A stretch of 64,000 bases of DNA from Tubiluchus corallicola (GCA_030141605.1 JAQGDQ010000020.1:806001-870000), one strand, 5' to 3'; numbered from the stretch's first letter, positions 25,772 through 52,865 are shown. The notes: generated from the sequence alone by a model not told the origin. Made by a program: numbers and translations.

Positions 25772-28700
25772 CATATGAGCCTCATAATGAGGCCATACAT
25801 GTCTGTCTGACAACTGGAATTCTTTCATTTTGACATTTCCTCTTTCTAGCTTCCCGCTTTAATGCCAGCAAAAGATAATGCCTTTCGGAAATATGATTAT
25901 AATCCAGTTTCGTTGAGATAACGACGACCGGAAGTGCTCTTAACAAATGAAGTGCTAGAGTGATTGAAGAGCAGGTATCGAATAAGGCCTCAAGGAGCCC
26001 TAAGAACTGAAAAGATTGATGTACAAATACTAAGCTGTAAAATGAAATTTTATCTTTCGAAATTCAAAAAATGCACTAAGGTTTATTTACTGCAGTAACG
26101 TAGTCATCATCACTAACACGTGATAAAATACATACAATCAAAAGCAAAATCATCCTATTTTCAGTATCAGCACATTTTTGTGAACATTGCCGCACGTGTA
26201 ATATATTATTTCGTGACGTATATATTATAATTTAAATATATTGAAATATAATATATAGGACGTATTATTATATTTAATCGATGTCATCATATCTGCAGTG
26301 AGCAGCTCAGGCAGTGACCCTGAATTGGTAACCTAAACGTCCTGGGTTCAAATCCAGAATTAATTTGGAGTTTTTCATGCTTTCTTACGACCTTACTTAT
26401 TTGAAAAAATAGTGTCGATTAATAATGCTTTACACGTTTTGAATAGCGTTCCCATTTCGTCCTCGGCCTATAAAACGACTATAAAACAATTCGCAAGAAA
26501 ACACAGCAATCATATTTTAACACAAATCAAAGGAAAGTCATATGGCGGCTGATCAATACACAAAAAATATGCAATAACGCAATTGATAGCTAAACTACGC
26601 AAATAAACAATTAAAAAATCAAGCAAGTTAACGCACGAGGAAACTGTTAATGTATGATTACATATTAACGTGCTTGCACCAAAGACAGAAAGAGAGCTTA
26701 AGTATAACGAATTACTTTATAGATCTAAGAATTATTGACTTACAAATAAGACAGTTAGTGACAGATATTAAAAATCCTTAATATGCATTTAGATTTTTAG
26801 TTAGTAATTTTTAATCTGTTTTATCAACAATTTTTACGTGTAACATAGTACTATGTGTAGTACTATAATTAAAAAAATTAAATTACATTAAATTAAATTA
26901 ATTAGAAGCTAAGGATAAATGTCGTGCATGTATTGAAGCGTACCAATGATATGTGTGAACCAGTATGCTGTTCAATATAAGTAATGAGTTAGTGTCCATA
27001 CTGAGAACTTTTCCGTCACGAAGGCACCCACTACGTCAAATCAATTTCATTACAATAACTCTTCTGTTAAGCAGTTAATAATTAGAGCCCAGGGAGTCAA
27101 CATAATATATCGCAACGTGAAATTATTGCCTCTGTTTTACTGCTTGTTTGCAAAAGGGGAAATTTAGTCTGACTACGAAGTTTAACAGTTTTTAGTTTGG
27201 CTACTAAATAAATTGATGGCCGCCAGGAAAACTGGCTGTGGATTGTTTTTATTTGTCACACTGTTTCAGTCATTTTTTCATTCGAGAAGCATCTAGACGC
27301 ATTATAGGACACTTTAGTGTCGCGTCTCAAAGATCCTTCATAATTAGACAGGATCCGGTCCTGCCATAACCTGAGATTTTGGTTAAAAAACGAGTTACAT
27401 GATATTGATTCAGTGATTCTTAGTTCTAAAATTGTCTTCCACGAATGTAATAACTTGAGACTGACTGCGTTCGATACTGTACGCGCATAACACTAGTGAG
27501 TCAAAAAACTGCTGATAATCAAGATAGGTAGAGTTCTGACTTTAGTTGTCTTACGCTAAGAACTGATGAAAACCAGTTAAGGTTTAATTAGTGTTTAGGT
27601 CAATACAAAACAGTTGCTGCTTGCCAACAATTATTGACCCTTTAAGTGCCTGCAAACCTCGTGCCTTAGACGGTAAGAGCAGGCAATTTTAAATGAAGTC
27701 TCAAAGAACCTTTCCGCACAAAGCTATATTATTTGACATACCTGTTTGGAAAACGTACGTAACTGAAAAAGAAAATATTCGCGCCAGCTGGTAAAACGTC
27801 ACTGGTTCAATAGCCCAGTGTGACTGTGAAACAAAAACGTCACCAGAGAAGGAACTCTCTATATTCAGCCTCGGGAAAGCAGTAATTTTAAGGAACTGCT
27901 TTTTACGTAGTTCCGGATATTCTCCCACTAGCTTCATAAGCAGTTTTACCGACAGTCACCCACCCATATAAAGCAGTCTTGATGATACTTAACTTCGTAG
28001 CAAAGTTAAATTTTCCCATTCAGGAACGAGCGGTAACCCAATTTTGATAGTCATGGCAACAATGTAAATGCAAAAGGCAAATATCAAAAATGTCACTACC
28101 CTTTAATTGTCATTTTAATACCATTTAAAACGCTAATCGAAATCATTTTTGAAAACTATTTAAAATAATATTTCAAAGGTTTCTCCCAAAAATTTCTTAA
28201 ATAATTTCTAGTTAAATCTTTTCTTTATGCAAGTCACGCTTCAACATCTGAAAATTTAACATTAAAGAAATATTCATGCCTTGACAACAAAATAACTGCG
28301 TCATTCAGTAAATGGGCAAACATTTTCAAGCCTCCCAGAGCTTGAATAATTCGTTAGAGCACCACATTGCTGAATAGAATGGATTCAAGTTCCGTGACAA
28401 GTTGTCTGATAAGTTTTTTTTCAAATGACAGCATCTGACGCTTGACAGAATTTGAAACTGTTTTACATTTGACTTTCATTCAATGATACACGGACCATTA
28501 CTATACATATACTGACTAGGCTGTATTGATTAGAAAGCTGTATGTATCATATAGATACATCTGTTACGTAAGTGAACAGGAAACGTTGCATGTTGGTAAA
28601 ATTACTAAAAAAAATTTTCACAAGTTCAAAATTAGGAACCTGTCGAAATTAACGAATACTTTTTAATCAGTTTAGCATAAAAATGATTTACAATAAAAAA

Positions 28701-30469
28701 TCAAATATTTTCCGCTTATTTGTTTTGTTTGTTTTTTTTGTCTGTTTTTCAATTACTGGATTAACTAACTGCCTGACTGAGTTATTGATTCAAAGAGTAA
28801 TACTTGATTTACTGACCAACCAGCCTACAACGCAATCAATTGATTGGTTGATTGACTCACTGACTGATTGACTGACTAACTGAATATTGGTTGGCGGATT
28901 AATCAAGTGACGGCTCAAGTGAGTGTTTGGTTGAATGAACATTAAAATTAGTAATGTATGACACTTCATAGTGTCTTCTTGGAAGTCTAGCAACTAGGTT
29001 TTTAAGGTGGATAAGAAGAATCAATTAATTAGCTGTTAACGACACGGCGTGAACTTAGAACTTAATCCAGCTAAAGGATGTCCATTCCAGGAAAACTAAA
29101 GTAATGTCTTTGGGAATAGTTCAATGACATTCTCTCTCAATCATTAGGCCTACTTTTGTGCATTCTCATTTGCCTTGTCCAAGCACAAGTTTTCGACTTT
29201 TCCAGGGGTTGCTTTTATTTGGAATATATCTGTCGAAAACATTTTACTACGATGAATGGTTGATTTTTATTCTTCGAAATTATTTTGTCTGATTTTAACG
29301 ATTTAATTGAATGTTTTTAACTTTGTTACGTAAAAAGTTTGAATTTTTGTAAAAATAGGCAGGAGAGCAAAACTTGGGAATGCCCTTAATTCAATTATTC
29401 TCGCATTTTCGACGCAAACAAATACTTCTAAATATATGCACTTTTGCTTTTATATCAAAAACAAGAACGAGTAATTAAAATATTCGCATAATTATTGATA
29501 AATATTACATTTTTACAATGATGATATTTACAGTGACGATGAAACAAGAGTAATTAGTACACGTTTAGCAATAATGGTTTACTGGTCTATCATAAGAGAC
29601 CTACGTTTTTGTTCTACGTTTTAGTAAAGAGGAAAGAAATTACAATATGACTAAATCACGACATGATTACATTAAATGTATATGTTGTATCTAATACAGA
29701 AATGCTTTACACATACTTATTATACTGTGCCCATGCTTATTTTTGATAATGAGCAACATGGCTAGCTAAGCCTTTGGCACAGAAAGGTTACTATATATAC
29801 ATAGATCTACGAAAGAAGCCTAATTCAGCTAATTACCTAGTCAATTGGGCACGATGCCAGCTATACTATAGACTTGAATGACAATTACATGGGTAATTGA
29901 TTACGAAGCAAATTTAACACTACGTTTACATTCAAGAACCAGTTTGCAATGGCAGATCCATATAAACAGGGTAAAAACACTTTAACTCGAAATATGACAC
30001 AATGGCGTAGTTCTCGACAATATCACTCTTGTCACATACCAGAAGTGCTTGTCGACACGTTAATTTCTATCTTAACTTTGTCACTCTAATTTGGACGTCA
30101 GTTATTATGTATTAGACGATATCATGGATTGCGAACTATAAAAGTGTTTGTGATGTGTAAATGTTCTTTGAGATATCTAATGGAACCTATACTTTTATTG
30201 ATGACGTTTTGCCTAATGGCAGTCTCGAGGGAATCTTAGCAATTCCGATAACATTATATAACCACAGCGGTGGTAAACTGGTGTAACTTGGAAAAACGTT
30301 TGACGCTTGAAATAACTGATAAAAGGGGAAGAAAGGAGGAGAATTTTAAAATATATCGTTCCATACAAAGTTATATTACTTAACACCACGCTCGTCACTT
30401 ACTGGTTTGAAAGACTTATGTAACTGGAACAGAAAACGTAAAATGCATAAACTGATGAAACGAATCTAT

Positions 30470-31421
30470 CATGGGCGTCGGCAGTTGGAAAAGCACTGAC
30501 GCACGTGCGTCCACAAAATTTCTTAAAAAAATTTTTTATGGCTAAGTAAAATGTTTTGGCAGTAAACCAAGAAACAATTCCCTGACAGCATGTTTGACAC
30601 AGTTACTTATATATATATATATATATATATGCACATACTAGTATCTTATTTTAAGTATGTGAAGGAAAATATTGAGTCAATTATGCGGAGTTATTTGAGT
30701 CAATTATGACAGTTTTATGTATATATGAATAGAAATGGCCCGTTCCAGGAGTTTTTGTGTCTATCAAGCGCCGCCTACCGTATATATTATATATAACATA
30801 ACATAATATAACAGCGTGCTCAGTGTTCACAAGCAGTAACTGTTAGTGATGTTTTCATACGTGAGCCATATTCAGGCTGGAGTAACATTGGTCGCCATGC
30901 TTGGGGAAATAACTTCTTGCAATTGAAAAATGGCCTAAAATGCTGCATGTGTGGCCGAGATATTCAGCCATTTAGCTGTGCCTAGTGGGAAAAATTAGCA
31001 CGCACGCAAGCACATTAAATTTTGTATGAACAATGGGTGGGCTGTAAACTTAACAGTCTTAAATCAGTTTTATGGCTAGCTATCCACATTTTGCTGGGCA
31101 GATAATCTTGACACTAAATAAATTAAGCTCAAGTAATGGGTCATCCGCATTGCAGTGTATTACGAACTTGTTTTAATATATGACTACTACAATAGAATGC
31201 AACGAATATTACCCAGGTAGATGTAAATGCAGAATTTTTCACGTTTGAGGAAGTCTATGTACCAGAATTCACATCTCATTTCGGGCCTCCAAAATGCGCT
31301 CGAATACAGGAAAATGCGTTGGTGGCCGGGGCACCCAGCTTCAGCGCTCCCCTAGAACCCAACCCCACCCACCCCCAGCTGCTTGTGCGTTAAATTTTTT
31401 TAAACTCTGGCGGCGCCCATG
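30470..31421. mobile_element. Non-autonomous DNA transposon (hAT/Harbinger-like)
   Basis: Imperfect TIRs CATGGGCGTCGGCAG and CTGGCGGCGCCCATG; GC-rich subterminal segment. The flanks GAATCTAT and GCCACTAT match only partly. Confidence 0.55.
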
Positions 31422-34264
31422 GCCACTATATATCACTATTCCTGTGTGCATCCCACTGATTCACCAAAAACACGTTCCAGTGTCTTAAATAAGTTTTAGC
31501 AACATTTGTAATCGGGATGAGTTTGAAACTAAACGTGTTCTTAGATAGGAATAAAGCAAACTTAAATAGATATTAATTTAGACAGTGTGAAACTCTTATA
31601 AAATCACAAATGTAAAAATTTTTCGTTGATTGTATTGAAGAAGCAACTTTTTTAACGCAGTTTAAGTAAAAAATCGTTGTACAGTAATGCCCTATGCTGC
31701 CCCCATCGCACAAAAACAGTAACTACTCAAAGCGGTAAATTAGTTCTATTGGCGCAATTTCAGAATCCGTCCGCTTGCCCATGACATTTCTAAACAGGTT
31801 TGACTGTTTTTCCGCTAATGATTTAGTGGCAGTGATTAAACTAACCTAATGGTGCTTATCAAATCCGCGATACTACGTCTTATACGCAAAAGAGCCTGGA
31901 GAAACCATGCAGGGAAGAAGCCTGCATAGTGGGGGCGTCTGAGGGGGTGTATTGCTTGGGAAAATTGTGAAAAAGTCTTGCCCAAAATGAAGAAAACACA
32001 ACCGGGAGTAACCAACCAAGGCAACGTCTCAGAGTTGTGGTATACTCAGATAACAGGCCCACCAAATACTTCTCGAGCTATTATGTAGTTTGGAATGCGA
32101 ATAATAGATCCGCCACAACAGCGAGTAATAGAACCGCCACAGCACGCTTGGCCTAGTAGACTCATTAACTTTGTTTAGTGGGAGAAAGAAAGAAAAATAA
32201 CTGAAACGTTTTGCTGCTAATATTATTATTCGTTTGTAACTGTATTAGAGTCATTATTGGAGGAACTATTTCAGCATTATACCTGACAATTAAGCTAGAC
32301 TACTCAAAGCTGGTGTTGCATAAATTAGCATGAAATTTTGTGATGTGAATAACCAAACAGTGACCAAAACAAAACAATATTCAAAATGGGTTATATTTAC
32401 TCAAAAATATTGATTTAGGGTCATCAAGAAATATGCACTTCTCACCATTGAGCTTTCGTTAAGTTCAGCTTACAATGAAAAGTTGTCATCAAATCGTATA
32501 TCATTCCATACCACAACATGCCATACCGTATCAAGTCACTCTACACGACAAGTGTGATTATTACCTAGTTTACCATCTATAATAACATTATTAATTATTT
32601 ATCAATAACGATGTCAAATCTTCAAGAAAAAACTTGCGCAAACCCATTGTATGGTCAGTCAATTAGTCAAGTGGTTGATCAAACAGCTAACCAGGACACT
32701 AGTTATTTCATTAACCAGCTAGATAGAAATTGAGTAGGCCAAACAAAGAGTGACTCAGCCATATAACTGTTTGCTATTATTGTAATTAAACTAACCAACT
32801 CTCTTTCTACTAAAAGGGAAGAAAAGGGAATTTTACAGTGTATCTGAAAAAACTTTGTCGAAGGATTGCCATCCCAGTGTGCACCACTGATTCACGAAAA
32901 AACACCTTATTGATCTTATTAACAATATGAAGTAATTTACACATTTAATAAGTAAATGCAAAATTCATTAATAAACTGATAATCAGGATAAATAATGAAA
33001 AAATCAAAAATAGTTTAGTAGCAAATTTTTCATTTCTCGATGTCCTGAATACAAATTGGAAATTCTCAACTACATGATGAATGCCTTTGATTTTTTCACT
33101 TAATACACTGAATATCAATTTATTAAATGAATTATGCATCATTTAATACTGGAATTTGTCTTTATAAATGATTTTTAAATAACCGCGTCAACTGCCTATT
33201 GAAACAATAAGAAAGACGGCTACTCATCTCACAGGAATTCCAGCTTGACGCTATTAGCATTTAATGAACCGCTCCATACGAGGGTTTTAAAAAAATAAGA
33301 ATTAAATTCTGCTCCATTCACTACTTTTAACATTTCCTCGGAAAAAAGTCAAGCTCAATTAGTTTAACTGTTTAATCATGGTCTCCATTGCGGCAGCATG
33401 TCTTGCAATGATTTTTACATAAACTTGGTCCCCAGGCAGGTAGTTATTCAGTCTTTTAGTATGCCTAAATATCACATGATTACATAATGGAGGTAAAAAA
33501 CGAGGTCAGTTTTACCTGTATGTGAAAAGACTGTGCGATCCTGAATTACGGTTAATCGCCATCGTCTTAATAAAAAAATAGCAAATCGCATATCATCTAA
33601 AACGGCATATTGACTTTTATTGCAGTAATACAAAGAAGTTACAAAGATTTTTGATTCGCTTCAGAAGCAACGAAGAGAAAATCAATGCACATGTGACAAA
33701 AGTGAAAACTTTAAAGAACGCTTATCCCATTCACACTGAATAAGTTCATTCATACAACTGGAACTGCACTATCATAAAATTAGGATCATAAGCTTGCTTG
33801 AGCAGATGTTAAACAAGCCATCAAGAGTACAAAACTAAAATGTTTCTATGAAGCAAATAAGGAAATGCCTTTGAACAGAATGGCATGTCGAACAACATTC
33901 TTGGTTATCCCTCTCATTGAACACATTCAGAATGAATAGGGTATAAGAAGTTAAACATACATCGTGCAAAATTCTGAACAAAAATGAAATAAATTCTCTC
34001 TTTCCCGTTTTTCCGTTGAGCTAAAAGCATTGTTCTTCTCACAGAATTCTTTCACAGATTTCTTCTCTCTTACTCATTTCCCTTACAAACTCTTTTTTCA
34101 TTTCTCCTCTTCTCCGGTTGTTGTCCTTTCCTTCCTTCACTCTTAATTTCTCCTCTTTCCATTTCCCTTTACCGGTACAATTGAACGCTTGTGCAAACAC
34201 AATTAGAGTCACTGTTTGTCCTTTTACGTCACAAATGGGTGCCTCCTTTCAGTTCGCATCTCTA

Positions 34265-46445
<12,181 letters not shown>

Positions 46446-46514
46446 CTTTAAATAATTTCCACTAGTCAGGAATTTTCACACAAGAAACGCACCGTCTCAC
46501 AGTACAAGGGTCTC

Positions 46515-48398
46515 AGAATACCCAGACTCGGGCTTTGTTCAGCAGTACTAGCAGCAACAATGGACAAAGTTCTAAGAGATGAGTTGTCTTTATACATGGA
46601 TTCCTCAACTTTCTGGACTGATAGTGTCATAGTTCTGCAATATATAAGAAACACTACAAAACGGTTTCACACGTTTGTGCAGAACAGAGTGACTCAGATT
46701 CTTGAAGTTTCATCTCCCATGCAGTGGCGTCATGTAAATTCACTGGAGAACCCTGCTGACAACGTCTCCCGTGGGATGGATGCGGCTTCCTTCATAGCCT
46801 TAGAAAGATGGAAACATGGACCAAGCTTTCTGCTGGAAACTGAAGAACATTGGCCACGACTGATCATAGATGCAGAGAAAGGCAGGATAGAAAACGACAA
46901 GGAAGTCAAGAAAGTGGCTGCAGTTAACAACATTAAAGCGAAAAGTGAAGCAGATGTCATCAATTAGCTGATAAAGCATTACTCATCGCTATACCGATTA
47001 AAAAGAGCGGTAGCATGGATACTGAGAGTCAAAAGAACACTTCTAGCTAAAATCAAAGGAAAAGATCTCACTGAACTGGCTCACCTGACAAAGCCTGAAC
47101 TGGATGAAGCCTTACACGAAATTACAAGGCAGGTACAACGAGAATGCTTTGGTGCTGAACGTAGAGCATTAAGTTCAAAGGATCAGCATGTCGCAAAGTC
47201 AAGCACATTATACAGACAAAATCCATTTATGGACGAAAAGTGTATCCTGCGTATTGGAGGCCGCCTGAAGAGATCAACCATGAATAGAGAAGTCAAGCAT
47301 CTAATTATTCTACCTAAAGGTCATAGACTTTCTCGGCTTATTGTAAAACATTTCCATGAAGAGAATGGCCATGTTGGAAGAGACCATGTAATGGCATTGG
47401 TAAGAGCCAAGTTCTGGATCATAGGCATAAGAGTGATTGCTCGACAAGTTTGCCATGAATGCAAAGAATGCCGACTACGTCATTCTCAACCTATGAAACA
47501 GAAGATGGCTGACTTGCCTAAAGAGAAGATTGAATGCACTGATGTGTTCTCTGTGGTTGGAGTGGACTGTTTTGGTCCTTTTCTTGTCAGGCGTGGCAGA
47601 GTAGAAGTAAAACGCTATGGAGCACTATTTACGTGTCTCTCAACTAGAAGCATCCACTTAGAAGTGCTATACGCCAGTAGGAGAGGAAATCCCACCAAGA
47701 TTAAATCAGACTGCGGAACGAATTTTGTGGGTGCAGACAAAGAGCTAAAGAAGTCACTGCTGGAATGGAATCAGGACGTAATAAGCAATGAGCTACTGCA
47801 GAAAGATATTGAGTGGGAGTTTAACCCTCCAAGTGCACCCCATATGGGAGGAATATGGGAAGTTATGATAAAAAGAGTAAAGAAAGTGTTACAGTCAGTA
47901 ATGATGGAGCAAATCACCTATGACGAAGGCCTACGCACACTATTTTGTATAGTGGAAAACATTATGAATAGCAGGCCTCTAACGACACTTTCTGATGATC
48001 CTGCAGACTTTAACCCTTTGACGCCAAATCACCTTTTGCAGATTCATTGTGAAACCAGCCTACCACCTACATTGTTTGTTTTGACAGACATCTACAGAAA
48101 GAAGTGGCGGCAGATTCAGCATTTAGCAAATGTCTTCTGGCATCGATGGCGAACTGAGTATTTGCCAATGTTACAGTACCGCTCTAAATGGAACAAAGAG
48201 AGAAGGAACATCCAAGATGGAGATGTCATTCTCATCATGGACAATGCTCCCAGAAATTGCTGGCTGCTAGGGCGCGTGATTGAAAGACATGTTAGCAATG
48301 ATGGATTAGTCAGAAGTGTCACCCTCAAGACAAAGGATGGACTTCTACGAAGACCCATCCACAAGCTCTGCCTGATAGAAAGTGTATATGATAATTAG
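46515..48398 (+). pseudogene. BEL/Pao LTR retrotransposon pol fragment (RNase H, integrase, C-terminal domain), 5'-truncated
   Basis: Motifs IPRLGLCSAVLA, FWTDSVIVL, FVQNRV, WRHVNSLENPAD, HHCC zinc finger, GVDCFGP, SDCGTNFVGA, PHMGGIWE, NSRPL, LTPNHLL, FWHRWRTEYL, DGLVRSV, RPIHKLC. In-frame TAG at 46965-46967 and an apparent deletion in the integrase (HLEVLY^ASRRG). Confidence 0.95.
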
Positions 48399-48471
48399 TT
48401 TTGTTAGTAATTGACACATTACTTAAAAGGTTAATTAAAGGAGATAATGTAAATGCTAAAAGGAAGCATTT

Positions 48472-48908
48472 AAGGGGGCGGTGTGCTGATTTAATCTTGT
48501 GTTGCCCCCTCTTTTCTGTTATAAACTGGTTTCCTTTTAAACAGATCATGTGACCAGTCTTTTACCTGTACACTTACCTGTAGATTGGAGTAACTCAGGC
48601 ATTCACACACTGCAGTGACAGATTGTTTAGCGTCATTCATTGATTCGTTGTTATAATTTCATAATTACACTTATAGAAGATCACCATGTAAGTTGATTTA
48701 AATCTTGAAACTTTGTTTATTAAAAAGACTAGAGATTAGGTTTTATAATTTGCGTAAAAGTTTGTTAAAGTTAATTAGATCAATTTGGTTTAGATTTCGC
48801 CGTAAAATTGAGCAAAATTATTTAAAATTATCTTATTTGTTTTCAGATTAAACGATACAAGCTACACAATTATGTTGTTGGAGATTTTTTATAAGAAGCT
48901 AGCACACA
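48472..48908 (+). mobile_element. Polypurine tract and putative 3' LTR of the BEL/Pao element
   Basis: AAGGGGGCGG followed by TG at ~48482-48484. The right boundary is uncertain (CA near 48908); no 5' LTR is present for comparison. Confidence 0.5.
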
Positions 48909-50279
48909 TACATTTTAACACCCATAAAGCATTTCTGATAATTGAATAATAGATTAAAAAGATAATTAAAGGCGGGCAAGCCCAACTAGTGATGACACCA
49001 CAAATGAACATAATTTTCATCAGCACAAACCTTGCAGTGCTGCTATACAACATTCACTTTGATACTTTGGTACACAAGACTCGGTAAATTTTAAGTTTAA
49101 AATTTACATTTCAACTTTACTGTTATGCTCACGCATGAGCTCTCGAACGTGTGTGCACTACGTCACTAACGAACACATCTGAACTGAGAGGTACAGAACT
49201 TGTTTTTTTGTGCAACGCGTTTCCGAAATGCAGGCGCTAGTGCCCTTCTAACTAACGAATGCTGAAATGCTTGTAACAATGAAGAACTAGCCGCGCGAAA
49301 TTGCGTTTGTGTGGTAATAACTTTTTCACGTAAGTCATTCTTGAAAAAAAATAGTGCGTTCCCTTTCAATATTTTGTAAGGTAGCTTGTTTTGACCTGCA
49401 ATTTAAATTAGTTCAGTTTTCCGGCTTAACCATGCATCATTGTAGTATGACTATTATTATAAAATGGGATAATTGTTTAAAGCATAACTGCACTGCCGTA
49501 TGATTTGCTTATAGTGCACTCATTTATTTGGTATCTTTATTTCAGAGCCACCACATTCCTTTCAGAGAAAGGCTAGCGTTATTTGGGGACTTGTGATTGG
49601 CATTAGTGCTCTGCTTTGTGCGATTGTGGTAACTGCTTATGTTGCTAAAGTCAAATGCATAAAGTGCTTGAAAACTACGCGTATCGATATCTGAATACTT
49701 GGACATTTTCATCATTAATGTAATTTTGATTTGTAGTACAGTGGCAGTGTAGGTGAGTCAGTAGTACCGGCCCTGTTCTATTTCTTGATTTTGTTTTTAT
49801 TCTTTTTTATTCTGGTTCTTCATCTAAAGGTTAACGTTACAGCAAGTGTGCGTGTAATTGATATCAAAACCTGATATCAAATGTTTCGCAATGTTTTGCT
49901 CTTTTTCTGGTATCTTTAAAGAGGAGTGGGGCGGTGTTAGTAGTTGTAAAAGCAATTTTATTAACATAGTAAATAAGTCATTACAATGAACTTTACAGAG
50001 AAGCCCACCAAAACAACTAGGAGCAAAGGACAAAACGTGTCTAAGTTTTGATCACGATGTAATGAGAAGAAACTAATGAGTCGCTTGAAAATCATAATTA
50101 TGTAAAGTCGGATCATTCCCTTAGATTTTTGCAAAAGTACAGAAGTCTTTAAATCAACAATTAAAAAATGGTGGAAAAAAATTGTCAGTATTGTTAAAAT
50201 TTACAAGCAAGTATTTTATAATTATGCCAGCCATTTTCACTGTAGATTAAACGAAGGCGTTTCTTCCAACAGGTGACAG

Positions 50280-50450
50280 TAAATTTTTAACTTGCAAAAG
50301 TTTTTCGGCCACAGCTAATAAAATTATTGAAACTGTAAAACTGTAACTCTGACAGCCAAAGATTAATATATTGTAGTATCTTGCTTTATAGAGTTCTTGC
50401 TTCTACTGTTACTGTAGTCGAAACTTCGGCGCATTTTTCTGCGCCGCCCG
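50280..50450. mobile_element. Second, diverged end fragment of the Tc1/mariner family at 6653-7400
   Basis: TTTCGGCCACAGCTAA...TTGTAGTATC...AAACTTCGGCGCATTTTTCTGCGCCGCC aligns with 7250-7400 (TTTCGGTCATAGCTAA...CTGTAGTATC...AAACTTCAGCATATTTTTCTGCGCCGCC). Confidence 0.65.
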
Positions 50451-51829
50451 ATATATACGGAGCCAGTATCAAAAGCCAGTACTTAATTATAGGCAAGAAA
50501 ACCTTTCACTTACATAAAGCTTAAAAAATTTGTCTCAAAATTTTATACGACTTAGATGCTACCTTTTCGCATGCATGGCTTGCATCGGCCGTAACGCTGT
50601 ATACAACGTGTAAATTTAAACTCCCACGATGACCGTTAGGCGCAGCCATTTTAATAGTTGGTCGTTTGAAACAAGTTTTGATAACATTAAAGTTTGAAAA
50701 ATAATCAGAGCATTTGTAGCATACATGTTGCTAATTAAGTAAAATTTTAAATTACTGTATCTTGTCAAGAAGATTAAAAATACGTTTTTGGCTAATGAGT
50801 GGCGCACCCTGGAGGGTGAGTCAGCGACATTTTACCAATTGGCACAAACATTTTAAATTATTAGTCTAGTTACATAAGCCTTTCCAGGAGGTAAGTGAAA
50901 TGCTAAGTAATTTAAATTTGCACAGAAAGTTTTTTGGCTCATAATTTAACATTGTCTTTTCTTCCCCTGATTTACGTTTGCGTAGTGACGTCATGTAATG
51001 GCGACGTCGGAGCAGTACGGCGGAAGATTTAAAATGAAAGCAAACAAAAATTCCTTTTAACGTGGGTGTGATATATACATAAAATTGCTCTAAGGTAGTA
51101 TCATTTTTAAGGCGATTTTTCTGAAACCTACTTCAGGTACCCCTTTTTTTGTCCTTTAAGTATATCTTAACAATAATTTATGGACTTTGACCACATTATT
51201 CATGCGCTGATTTGTCAAAAGATTGTGAATGCTTATTATCTAGACACGTGATTTTATGACGTCCATGGTCTATTGTACAATTGCAATAACCTTTTGAACA
51301 GATTCTCGCTTGTCACTGAGTCCTACTGAGAAAGACCTGAAGGAAACTAGACCTAGTCAAAGTGCTGAAGTACCTGGAGCTGTATGGGAAAGGAGATCTG
51401 TGCCTAGGTTTAGTCAAAGTACTGGATTGCCCGAGGCTGAAGGGAGAAGTATGTCAGTGCACATGTTTGCAGACGACGATGATTTCATGTCCTGTGAGAC
51501 CATGGACACCATAAGACTTGAAGAAAAGTTAGGAAGACATAGAAAAAGTATTCAGGCGCAGGAATCAGAATACTTTGATGTAGATAGCAAACATCATTTG
51601 GGCAAAAAAAAAATCAGTGCAAATGTCGGAACGCATGCTGATGAATACGCAGGCTGTGCCTGAGGCAACCACTATGCAAGTACAAAAAACTGGGAAAAAA
51701 GCTTAACTGGGCCTGTCACTGTACAGCTATCAGAAAACGCGAAAACCAATAAGGGCTCTATTGTTGAAGAAACAGCTAAGCAGTTGTCAGATTCAAAAGC
51801 TGAGAAAAACTCTGTCTTTGAGGAAATAG

Positions 51830-51945
51830 CTAAGCAATTGTCAGATAATGAGGAAACACCTAAGCAGTTGTCAGATAATGAGGAAACACCTAAGCAGTTG
51901 TCAGATAATGAGGAAACACCTAAGCAGTTGTCAGATGAGGAAACA
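51830..51945 (+). repeat. 30-bp coding tandem repeat (KQLSDNEETP), ~3.7 copies
   Basis: TAAGCAGTTGTCAGATAATGAGGAAACACC repeated. Confidence 0.9.
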
Positions 51946-52544
51946 AATGAAAATTCTTCAGCAGAAGAAATTAGCGTAAAGCGTACAGGAAGCTCGAAAC
52001 CTGATGTTTGTTTCTGTGATTGACGAAGGCTACAGGGCATCACTGTTACAGAGAAAACGGTTGTAAATAAACACAAATTATTTTAAATTCCTAGTTTTAC
52101 TTAATATTCCTAGGTGATGTCACCAATAGTTTAAGGATAGTCTTGTGTATCGAATGTGAATGTCAATAGAACTAGACAAGAAACATAAAAAAGAATGGCT
52201 CAAATTTATAATTCCCCATACGCAAGAAATTAGTTCGTGAAGCGATTTGGGGTTAATGATTAGGGTTAGGGTTAGGGTTACTATTAGGGTTCTTAAATCG
52301 TGTGTGGAATTGTACATTTCTTCCAAAATAATTAATGTTCTTGATTCAACTTCTTATCAGATTAATTATACAAAGAGTCAAACCTGTCTCTACATCTGAT
52401 ACATGTGCCTGAATCAATCAATCCGGCTGTCTTTAAAGATAAAAAATCCTTTTGTATCGGTAACTGAATCTGACACATTTACCTCATGCAAGATTTAGCA
52501 ACTCCTTCAATTAGCATTACTGTTGTAGGTCAAAATAGGAACCA

Positions 52545-52865
52545 GATAATTCTTGTAAAATAAGTTGTTCGAATACTATTGAATAAACAATAAATTCATA
52601 TACATTTATTACAGTTATTATTTATATGCAGTAAAAGTCGTTATAGAAATTTTATTGTTGAATTGTTTAATTACATTTATATCTCAGTTAATCGTTTTTG
52701 TAGAGCAAATGAAGCCTTATTGTTAAAGGACAAAATATGAAGCAGACAATTCTTGTAAAATAAGTTGTTTTATAATTGAATAAACAATAAATTCACACAG
52801 TTATTATTTATTTTACTATTGAATTGTTTGGTTACATTAATATATCAGTTAATCGTTTTTGTAGA
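52545..52865. repeat. Local direct duplication (~200-bp offset)
   Basis: AATTCTTGTAAAATAAGTTGTT...TTGAATAAACAATAAATTCA...CAGTTAATCGTTTTTGTAGA occurs twice. Confidence 0.75.

Larger units (their letters stand above)
49546..52023 (+). pseudogene. Orphan 3' exons of a probable single-pass membrane protein (TM exon plus disordered acidic tail)
   Basis: Exon after ttatttcag at 49546 encodes VIWGLVIGISALLCAIVVTAYVA followed by KVK. Exon after ttttgaacag at 51302 runs in one frame to 52023 with one TGA at 51661-51663 and QLSDNEETPK repeats. No upstream exons were found between it and the BEL element. Confidence 0.5.

Noticed and set aside
52259-52280. (TTAGGG)3-4 as a telomere or proof of the telomere motif
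   Set aside because: Too short and interstitial; such runs are common inside invertebrate repeats. At best weak support for TTAGGG.
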